A DNA stretch of 64,000 bases, taken from Callorhinchus milii. Taxonomy: Eukaryota. A program made the position numbers and the translations under genes. The stretch covers positions 18,292,001-18,356,000 of the forward strand of contig NW_024704743.1 in NCBI RefSeq assembly GCF_018977255.1. The letters are read 5' to 3'. Below are positions 42,501 to 54,500 of this stretch, piece by piece. The notes beneath the pieces were generated by a model. It saw only the letters and a program-made list of their open reading frames with translations. It ran no database searches and was not told where the DNA came from. Position 1 is the stretch's first letter. The number at the start of each line of letters is the position of its first letter.

Positions 42501-45500
42501 ACTGCTCTGGAGTGTGAGTGTAGAATTAGGGGTTCCAGATCCCAATGAAGGGGGCTTGAACCCACAACCTTCTGACTCAGAGGCAAGTGTGCTACCAACT
42601 GAGGCAGACAGACCAACACACATGGGAGTACAAGTTAAATCAAACCATCAGCAAGTGAAAGCAGAACATTGCTAGCATACAATAAAATGATGTCCAGGGC
42701 ATTCAAATAGTTCTCCTACATTAGTTTCCTTCCATACCCCTCAAATGCTTCCCCTCCATTCCTGAAAGCTGGAGTATAGTTCAATGGGTGTTGGATATAT
42801 GTATAATATGCAAACATGATTATTATAATTAGATTTTTGCTGAATTGATAGCAACTTTGCAATTTTCAATTTATAAAATCCAGTTGGCAGAGATTGGGAT
42901 ACGTTCAGTCATTCTGCGCATCAGCCTTTTTTGTAGACCTTGGTCCTTTTGGATTCGTGATTCACGGGTGTGAATTTCACCGCAAATCTTGCAAACTGCA
43001 AGTTGCAATTAACACAAGAAGTCCGCTTTGTTCACATCACAAATTAGATACCGAATGTCATCCTTTATGAATATCAACACTTGAAACCCATTTTCTTAGC
43101 AGAACTCTTGGTGACTGACCAGGAGTTGAAGTCAATCAAAGCCTCTCTAGAACTGTTATACTTTCCAGTCAGGATTACTTCAGCCATGTTCCAGTCTGAA
43201 TTTGAGATTTCACTGACACACGCACGCACATGTGTGCATGCAAGCACGCACACACACACACATATGCACACAGACACACACACAGTGGGATTTGTGCAGA
43301 GAGAAAGATGAATCACTGAGCACTAACACAGGGTATAATCTGCATGGAATGCTTACAATCCTTTGTAAATGCACAATAACAATCCTACAAACAAAGCTCT
43401 ATTATCTACTGTAGATGGCCTTTATATGGCAATATCATTCACCATTAGTAAAGGTTGACCTCATATGGCAAACTATGTGGTTTTAGCTGGTTAAACTCCA
43501 GCAGCGCACCAACTAAAACTCAGGGGTTCACAAGCCTTGGCTCGTGTCAACCCATGCCTCATGCTCTCCGAAATTAGGTAAGAATAATCCATCTCTCCAG
43601 GGAGCGAGTATGCATTCTATTCCAAACATAAGAATTTCCATATGTAGGTGGCATATATATGTGGAACACAATCTGACTAGGATACTCTAAGCATGTTGAT
43701 GGGTTTCCGCAAGTGTCCGACATCCGGCTGACCCAAAAAAAGTGTTTCGATGTAGGATTCACCATTTTTTCATCATCAATTGCTTTTTATCTATTAACAA
43801 TTTTAATTAATAAGGAATAAGAAAATATTGAATCATTATTTATTAAATAAAACACTTCTGATAGAGGTGATGCATACTGAAACATATTAAAATTGATAAG
43901 TTTTGTGCTCTAGCTTAGCAGGACAGCTGCTCAGTATTGCTTAAAGTAAACGGAAAATTGTTAGGCACTGGTAAAGATTGTCCCTGAAGTCATTGACTGA
44001 GTTGCAGTCTGGTTACTAAAACAAAGATTTCTACTGAAACTCCTCTTATTGGAGTAAGCTAATCATACCCCTCCATGTTTCAGATGTTTTATATTGCAAA
44101 CCAAGGCACATAATAACTATTACAGTGAAAACCGATGCACATTAGCAGTTTATATTAAAGAGACTGTATATATACAGTACTGCCTGTTTTTATACATCAA
44201 AATTGGGCACGCATTTAGAACTAAATGGAACCATAATTCTCTGTGCGCTTATCTTTACAGGCAATGGAAATACAAACAAGCCCCAAAGTGGAGTTTTAAA
44301 CTATGCAGGTTTACCACTCCAGCTTTCATTAAGCAGCAGAAGACAAGCCAGGAGAGCAGAACTAACACAAAGCCCTTTTGTACAGCGCAGCAAAACATAA
44401 AACCATAAAAATCAGACTGTTCACAGGATGCCAGCATTTTCACTGTAGTTTAAGTGTAAGCCCAGGAAAAAGCTGCAGCTTTATGAGTCATTACATAAGC
44501 TTCCACTTGGAGTCTATTCACTTAACCCAAATGTCAAAATCGACATTAGGATTTTTAGTTACAATTTCATTTCTACTCCAAAGATTCAAAACTTCTATCT
44601 ACTTGGCTTTTATTTCTGGGTTCCAGACCACCAACACGCACACTATAATCATGATTAATTATGGTGCATGCCAGTGTGCAGATAATCACATATTCACTGC
44701 TAGCAGGCCAGAGTGAAATATGTGTGCCCCATTTAAAGAAAGAACTCACATTTTTGTTGCAGTTCATCACTTCAAATCGTCTCAAAGAGACAATTATTGT
44801 CAAGTGCAAGATACCACAAAAATCCATGAGCAATCAATGTGGAGGATTGTTAACCAGACACTCCCTTTTCTTGACCGGAAACTCCACAGAATCATGAGAT
44901 GGTCAACATCCATCCAAAATATGCAGATGAGACCTTTGTTCAACATCTCATCAAAAAGATAGGATCCAGCACTGCACTGGAGCTTTTACTTGGACGATGA
45001 GCTCAAGTCTCTCTCTGTATAATACTTGCATTTGATATAGCGCCTTATCACATCTTTGAGAAGTCTTAAAGCACTTCACAGAATATACTGTAAAGTGAAA
45101 TGACTGTATATTTTGTGGGCAAAACGAGGCAGCCAATAAATTTATTATTTTTTTTGAAGGAATTATTATCCCTAGAAAAGCGATCGGCAAATCGACTAAC
45201 AACCAGGTTCCTATTTACTGCTAGGTAAACAGGAGCGTATGGAGTAAGGAAACTTGCCCAACATTTCGCCCTGCCGGGAATCGAACCCAGGTCTCTCAAT
45301 TGCTAGGTAAGTGCTCCAATCACTGAGCTACAGGACTCCATGATGTGGAATCCATATGCTCAATATGTGGGATTTCAATCCACAACCTCCTGACCCAAAG
45401 GCAAGAGTGCTACCAACTGAGCCAAACTTGCACTAACTATTTCATGCAGATTAACAGCGGAACTATGAAATGTGACATTTGTCAGATTTCATAAGTTTGT

Positions 45501-48500
45501 TTTAACACAAAGCATACTAAATGCCTCAGATGAAGCTGAGGTACAGTTTCTGAGCCACAAGCGTAGCCAAAACTCTGTTATTTTGTGTTGCCCCAAAGTC
45601 AAAGAGTCAAGCAAATTCTGTCATCACTTTTTGAAAGCAATTTTTAGGTACAACTCTGGGAAATATTAATTTTTCAGATGAGAAGTGCTCCCAGTTTCTT
45701 TCAACTAGTAAGTTGCCTGCAGTTGGCATGCAGTAACAAGAGCAGAAAGCATTTGGAGTTTTATGTATTTGACATAGAACCAAAAATCAGGCCGATCTTT
45801 GCTTTTGCCAGCAATTACGCTGTATTTCAACACACCCACCAGAAAAACTGCAGTCAATGTCTGCTTTGTTACAGAAAACCCAAGAGTCGCAGTTTCGCCT
45901 GTTCTCTCATAATTTCTTCCACTTAGTCACAATCTATTTCCAAGGCGTTTCTCAACTTAATTGCGATCAAAGGATACCCATATGTTGCAAAGTTTATTTT
46001 GAAAGCTTCCTTTTGAATCATATCCTACAGTCCTCAAATTCAAACCAACCCTTTAGGTCGGGAGCACTCAATGCTATTTGAAAAAAAGTGAAGCAAAGTG
46101 AAGCATTTGTTCCATTTTTTTTAAAATGACCTAAAAACTGATTTATGACATTTATTTTGTTTTGCGGATCTGGAGTTGCACACCTTCTGTGGATTAGTCT
46201 TGAAATAAAATGACATGAAACATCAAGGTTGCAATAAAAGGAGAAAGCAGTACTCCTCAAGTCCAATAGTAAGACCCGCCCTATCATTTCAACTCTTGTA
46301 CTTATTGATTTCTAGAGACTCCAGTTTGCCGCTTAGCAACACGTGCAGTTAGGCATGTGATTGATAACTGAGCTTTCAGATTTTCTGACCAGCATTTTCA
46401 GTGATTGAACAGTAAAACATTTGCACAGTGTTTGTGCCTGGCTCAGTTGGTAGGACTCTCGCCATTAAGTCAGAAGGTTGTGGTTTCAAGTCCCATATCA
46501 AGACTTGAAATCCTATAGGATCGGCTTGATACTCCAATGCAGCGCTGCGTGAGTGCTGCATTGTCGGAGGTGCTGTTCTTCAGAGACATTAAACTGAGCT
46601 TCGGTTTGCCTGTTCAGGTGGACGTTAAAGATCCCATGACACTATTCAAAAAGAGAAAGGCGTTCCTGCTGGTGTCCTGGCCAACAATCCCCCAAGTAAA
46701 ATTAATCATTTGTTTCAAGACTGTTTGTGGGATGCTGCTGCACAGAATTGGGCTGTAGATTTGCCTGCAAATACAGTTACTACACTACACAGTAAATCCT
46801 GTGAAGCACTTTGGGATGTCCTCCTGATGTGAAAGGTGCTATACCAAAATACTGCAAGCATTAGGTGCATATGCGATTACTGCCTTTAAGGAACCAGATC
46901 TTGAAAAACTAAACATCAGCCTTTAAAGAACTCTGGTTTCATTCCCCAGAGATTTACTGCAGGGTACATTTTGTAACATTCTTTGGGGGTCTAAAATTTG
47001 ATTCCTATTTGCAAGCCAGACTTGATAGGTGTATAGTCTGTGAATGTTAGATTGTGAGATTCATGAGGGATTTGTTTACTAAACGCAGCAAATTCTGATA
47101 AAGAAAAAGCCACTGAGCAAAATACTAGTCGTTTCCTCTCTGTATTTCGCTTGCCAACCATTTTTCAGACAAGGATCTCTGGATAATGATCAGTGAAAAC
47201 CTTAACTGATTTTCCAATCCCTAGCCTGAAAAACACTGATGTCAGCTCCATCTATGGTACAGTGGGAAGAGATTAATAATAAGAGATTATTATTTGTTTT
47301 ATTATTTGTATTATTTGTCAAGACTTTGGGCTCTTAGTTTGCACTGACTTCAATGCAGTGGATGAACACTACATTGTTAGAGGTGGCGTCGTTCAGATGA
47401 AATACTAAACCAAGAGACATGATCCGAAAGGAGAATTTCTTGAGATGTTCTGACCAATAATCCCTCCAAATAAAAATATAGTTTTTCCTTCTTGGTAGTT
47501 TGTGGGATATTGTTTTGGACAATTTGGTTTCCATCTTTACCTACAAATACAGTCACTGCACTTTACAGTAAATATGAAATGCATGGCCACATAACATGCC
47601 ATATCAAATGTCAAGATTATAATACAACTTCTGACCTATGACTTCTTCAGGATCAAAGTATATGAACTGAAAGCTTAAGCAATGGGTTGCGATGCCAATA
47701 CCTGGAATTGCCAGCATACTAAGGGTTAATCCCATGTCAGCCTTGATCATTTCTTGGATAACAATGCAGAACAAAAACAAGAACATTACAGATGAACAAT
47801 AACTACACACCTGTTGAACTTTCAATGGAAACGTAACTTGCTGAGAATCCCTCAGTGGCTATGCTTGAATCAGACACAAAGAGAACACTCATTGAATTGT
47901 CACTGCTGGTAATGGAAGGAGGGATAGAGGTGCCACAGTACCTGTTCAAATAGAAGAAATATAGTTCAGATGAAATACAACACTGGCTTTAGAAAACCAA
48001 ATATTTTAGAATGAGTGTACAGAATTATTTTGAAGCCGTTCATTTTTCTTGTGATGGTGCTCGAGATGATAGAGTCATTTAGGGGGAAAGATCAGATCAG
48101 TTTAAGATCGACATTCAAAGGTCTGTGAGCATCTTAGATCAATCAGAGAAACATAGGACAACAGGAAAGGAGTTGGCCATTGAGCCCGTTCCACCAGTTT
48201 AATAGGTCTTTATTAAGTTTCCTCTTAATATATTGATTTGATACAAAACTTTGTATCCTCGCTCACAGTGATCTCCGCATACCCATCACCCCATTCTTCG
48301 GCAGGCTCCACTGACTCTGAACAAATCAATGTCAACAACCTCACTCTCATATAGAAATAGTTTCACACTAGAGTACCTCCCTAATGCTCTGCCTGCCCTC
48401 TTTGCTCAGTTGACGTAGATGTGTTCCGTATCCCTCAACCTCTCCACGCCACTGTCAGTGGTAATACCTCCAGCCATTCTACCCCTCATCTCTGGAATTT

Positions 48501-51500
48501 CCCTACCTCATGCCTCCACCTCGCTCCCTCTGTATCTATCTTTAAACCCCACCTGAAACCTGACTTGCCTATGGTAACCTCTCCCTCCTTCCTTGCTCAG
48601 CATCCAAACCCTTGCTATTCTGCCCTCACTGTGAAGGGCACTAAATATATGTTAAGTTGTTGTTTTGGTCTCGGATGAAGAAGTTTCAGAATCATCTGCC
48701 TACTAATGCTTATAATTAATAGAACTTTCAGTGGTTACAAAATGGAAAAATCTACTATTTCTTACCTTCCAAGTAGTTTTCCAGAATTAACGGTACCTCG
48801 ATCATACAACTCAACATAGTCTTGGTGCAATTTTCATGGTATTCAAGATTAAAAAGGGTGAATGTAAGGCGGACGACATTTCCAGGTTGAACCGAGATGA
48901 ACCAAATACAACTGACATCGTGCGGATAGTCTACTGGGTGGTTAGGGCTAGAAATGTCACCCTGTGGATCTGTAATGGTATCGCCACATCCTGCCAGAAA
49001 ATTAATAGGTTTTTGACTGACCATAAACATTTGGAACAGAAAAGAAATTCTCAATAATAATGCCACAGGCTACCGAGTGAAAACTGGAGAGAGTCATATC
49101 AATCACCTGTCACAAATTTAAATTCTCAGGCATAACATTTTTCAACTGTGAGTTTAAAAGGTAAAAGGTGTGAGGAGGACACTTTCTTTTAAATAAGCTC
49201 TGGAGACAGTGTGTTTGCTTTCCATCACTAAGATGTGGAATAAGCATTATAAAATTGTGATCGTGAGATTGGGAATGTCACAGCTGTCTCAAAATGTCAA
49301 AGTTCAAGATGAACTTTCCAATGCAGTGCAGGGGTTGTGGTACATTGCTGGAGGTGCAGCCTTCCAATGATACATTTAACTGAGGTCCCTCTCAGTGTCC
49401 TGGCCTAACCCTAACCCACCAGAAAACAAATAAGTCATTCGTGTCACGTTTCCAGGACAATGCTCTGTGCAAATTGGCTGCAACATTGGTTTACACAATT
49501 CACAGTTAATATACTGGACAGCAAATTCCATGAAGAACTTTGAGATATTTTCTTAACTTGAAAGGCACTGCAGTTATTGAATGTAAGAATCATTATTACA
49601 GATTAATGATAATTAACACATCGATTGGTCCCTCGGTAACCTGTGTTTTCAATAGTTAGTTGAGAATACTTGGGTTAATGCGACACTTGAAGAGATGTGA
49701 CTTGAATGACTCATTTGTTTTCCGGGAGGTTAGGGTTAGGCCGGGACACCGAGAGGGACCTTAATAAAATGACTCATTGGAAGGTGGCACCTCCAGCAAT
49801 GCACCACAGCCCCAGCATTAATAATAATATCTAAATATTTGAAAATACCTTTTTTAGTTGATCCATATTCAGCGCTAAATCCTTCTTTAGCCGTAGAGGA
49901 GTCTGTCTTGAACTTGATGTACATTGACCTCCGTCCTGACTGTGCCATGGGTGGATTCCCAGCACCACAGTACTTGTCGATCAATGGGGATTCTACATCA
50001 GCTCCATCTCGGACCTACAAACAATGTAAACAGATTTTACCATTAGAATGAAACCACCTCCACTCCTGTTAACCCAGCAAACCAACCAGGAAGGTGACCT
50101 GAGCTGGTTAATAACAATCCTTGCATATGATATAGTACCTTATGTTGTTGAGACATCTCAATGCTCTTCACAAAAATATACTGTAAAGTGAATTGACTGT
50201 ATTTTGTGCGTGAAACGTGGCAGCCAAGTATCCCATAAATATGGGTTGTTCAAACAGTTGTCAATGCCAATGTATATGGTTTTAGCTGATTAAACTCTGG
50301 GTTCGCAAGCCTTGGCATTTGCCAACCTGTGCCTAAAACAGTCTGAAATTAAACATCCCTCTTGCATGAGCATGTGCTTTCCTTTTGCTACAGATTTCCA
50401 TGTGTAGGTGGCATAAATATATGTGGAACTCAGTTTGGTTTGCATATTCTAAGCATGGTAATAGTATCTACACACTGCTGACCAAAGGAAATGCAGAAAT
50501 AGAATGGTTCAATTGGAGAATTTGACAGCAAATTGGATTGATTTTTTGATTCAGCAGTTAGCAGATTGACAGTGATCTGAAGTAGCACAAAATAGGACAA
50601 ACATGGTTACATTGAGTCAATGATGCATTTGTTATATGACTGATCTAAGGCTATTCTAAACAAGCCTGTATTTCAAAATTACCTGTAGTATTACACATTA
50701 AACATCCAATTCATATTTCAGAGGTATATTTTTAACTGGAACATTATCAATCACATTCAGATGGTATAAAGTGCAGTGCAACAATAATTTATTTCTGAAG
50801 ATACATTGTTGCCCTACCTCAACATAGTCATGGGTGCAGTTTGCAGCATCATCAATGTCAAAGGACACAAAGTTAAGGGTGACAACTTGTCCTTCTGGCT
50901 GATTGATAATCCACGTGCAGGTTTTGTCGGGTGGGTATGCATTGGGATAATAAGGAGACCGAATCACTCCCGTGCCACTTAGAGTGCCACCACATGCTGT
51001 ATATCAAAATAAATGGAGACAAAGCAGATTTTTTGGACTAAATATTTTATACAGAGTTCCAACAACGACAATGGCTTCAATTTAAGCGAGGTAGCACCTA
51101 ATTCAGAGTTAGAGGTAATTGCCATTTTCTATTATAATAATAATAATCCTTGCATTTGATATAGCACTTTTCACGTCTTGTAGACGTCCCAAAGCGCTTC
51201 ACAGAATATACTGTTAAGTGAATTGACTGTATATTTGTGGGCAAACGCGGCAGCCAATTGCGCACAGCAATGTCCCACAAACAGTCGTAGATTGAAAATG
51301 ACCAATTTATTATTGTTTTTGTTTTTTGGAGGGATTATTATTAGGTGTGTGGAGTAAGGAAACTTGCCCAAGGTTTCGCCCTCTGCCTGGAATTGAACTC
51401 AGGTCTCTCACTTGCAAAGCGAGTGCTCTAACCACTGAGCTACAGGACTCCACAATTATGTAAAAATTAGGGCTGATTAGATATGCATATGGTAGGTTAT

Positions 51501-54500
51501 TATTTATACAACATCTTACAAGCTATAGGATGACGAATCTGTGGTATAAACCAGTTTTGAATACTATACAGGACATGTGTTTCAGCTTGACTCAGCACTC
51601 TTGTCAAAGCGTTAGAAAGTTATGGATTCAAACACCACATCTGGAATCAAGTTCATGGTCAAGATTGCCACTTCAGTGCAGTTCTGAGAGAGTGCTGCAG
51701 TGTCAGAGGTGCCATCTTTCAACAACAATAAAACAACAACAAACTTGAACAATATAGCACCCTTCACCTGGGGTAACATCTCAGAGCTCTGGCTTTCAGA
51801 TGAGATATTAAACTAAAGTCACGTCAACCCATTCAGTTGGATTCAATTATACTATCAAAAAGAGAAGAGCATCCAGAATTTGATTTTTTTTAAATTTTGG
51901 CTTAAATTTGAAGTCAGTTTCTGTAGAGCTTAAAATAACTTGCAGAACACAGATTCAACATTAAGGCCATTTTAAGAATTTGCCAAATTCAAATGCTATA
52001 AAATGCATAGAGTAAAGCTAGACCCAGGTTGAATTTCTGTACACAGCTATTTTGTTTCATTTGTTCTCAACACCTTTTCTGATTTTTTTTGATAGGCAGT
52101 ATATCTGACACACATTGAGAGCCATGACCTTGTTTAAGAGTATTCAAACAAGCCAGTAAGAATTCCACATAGCATGGACATTTTTGCTTGTATGAAATGG
52201 AGTATGCATTATCTACCCAGAAGGACACACCCTGGGATGACTGCGCTCTGGAGATCCTCATAGGGACAGACGTAAATGTCCGATTTTTGGAGCTTACCAA
52301 TGTGACGCATTATATGTAAATAAATCATAATAATCCTTGCATTTGATAAAGCATCTTATGTCATTGAAAGGTCTCAAGGCAAAATTGTACTGTAAAGTGC
52401 AGAGACAAATTTTATCTGGGCATTGTTGGCCAGGATACTGAGAGGAACTCCCCTGCGTTTTTTGAACAGTGCCACGTAATCTATAACATTAACCTGTAAA
52501 GGCAGTTGGAACCACGGTTTAAACTTCTCATACAAAGGATGCCACGTCTGACTATACTACACTCTCACAGCACTGCATTCGAGAGTCAGCCTGGATTATG
52601 AGTGCTGCAGCCAGGCTGACACCTCTTGAGAACGGAAGAGATGGGAAGTCCGGCAAGATGAGAGTTGGTGTAATCTAGGCCTGGTTGTGATGAATGAGTG
52701 GATCAGGAACTGGGTGACCCGAGGGATGAAGTAATGGCAGAGGCTTGTTACTACTCTGCAGTTGTCCATTATCTTCTGCACGAAAACAAAAAGCATTCTT
52801 ACCAACTTGGTATATAGCACGGAATCCTCCTTTCTGGAAGGAGTCACTTGATTTAAATTTGATCCACAAATTGTTCCTGCTCGTGGTGATGACAGCAGGG
52901 ATAGTGGAACCACAGAATTTGCCGATTAGTGGATCGGTCTCTGAATCACCATCACGAACCTAAAAGGTGAATAAAAATTAAAAATAAACTCAAGCAAAGC
53001 ATTCAGAATTCCCATAAAGGAAGGTGCTTGGACACACACACACAAATTGTGTGACTATGACAATCATGTCAAGTATTAGATTAAAATGACCATTGACGGA
53101 ACAGAACTTCAATATATTTTCCCGCTTTACTTTTAAATCATTGGGTTAATTGTTGGAGGCTCCTTTATTAAGAGGAATTTTATCACAAAAGAATGTCATC
53201 CGTCTGTCTATTCAGTTGGATTTAGAGTCCATGGCACTATTTAAAAAGAAAAGATTTTTCCCAGTATCCTCATTCTCCATGCAAGGATGTATCCATGCAC
53301 TGGAGCTGGTTACTTGATTACTCTTTCCATGTTCTTTCCTATATATTTCACTTGCAAATACACAGTCACTAGATATTACAGTAAATCCTCTGAAGTTCTT
53401 TGACATATTCTCCTGACGTAATCAAAGACTCTACGTCAAATGCAAGGATTATTTATTATTTGAAATGGGACTATGATTTGACTCAAGTCCCACAGTACAC
53501 AGACCAAAGGAGAATATTGTACTGGTTTATCACACTACTGTGCTGGTTTGCTTGCAAGTGTTTACTTGGATTAAGCTAAGTATTGTGTATAAAAATATCT
53601 CACGAATAGAGTCTTGACTTGAACTATTTATCAGTTTTGTCTAAGTCTCACTCAATTAATCCTGAATAAACAGGGAACACATATATGCTAACAGAGGCCA
53701 TGAAAGCCAGTGAACACCCATTAACTTTCTCATATACTCTATAAAAGGAATTATATATCTGGAGATTTAAGTGGAATCCAACATTTTTTCATCAATTCAA
53801 TATTGTGATTCATATCTGTCCCTCCTTATTCTCTAGAGCGATTGATGATGGGATTAAAACACTTGAGGGACGGGTGTGATTTTTGATGTTAATCAAACTG
53901 CTATTGAGTACCAACGCCGTTCTAGCTATGAGTCAAACCATGAGAATATTCCAAGGAGTTGCTTCTGAAGCAAGTCGCTTTTCTAACAGGATCATGTTTA
54001 CACATGCAGCAAGCAGCTTTGTGCCCACCAGACACATCTGTAAATAAATGATAAGCCACTGTCGCCAACTATGGACCGCTCTCATTTCCTCCAGCCAACC
54101 TTCACACAGGCACACATCTACAGATTTCAGAACACAGCTGGAGTCTTCACTCGAGAAGTAGTACAATCACAGTATGTCACTTGGTTGCCCCTCTCTCACT
54201 GTATGCTTTGATACCACTTTGCTATGCTGGGAGGGCAAGGCTTTGCAGTGCCATTTCTCAATGAATAGGATCAATATGGAAATGGATCAATATTATCCTG
54301 AAGCAATCTTGTATTTCAAGCAATTAATCAAATTAAGTAATTATTAAAATCTCAGACGTTTATGTCAATAAAAGATCCCCTCCCACTCCCTGGGAGCCTG
54401 AAATCACAGGCAATTTAATACGAAAAGAATGTGCTTGACCAGAGTATTTCCACACTGCCAAACCACAGCATAATTGTTCCGTATTGTAATGGTCATTAAC

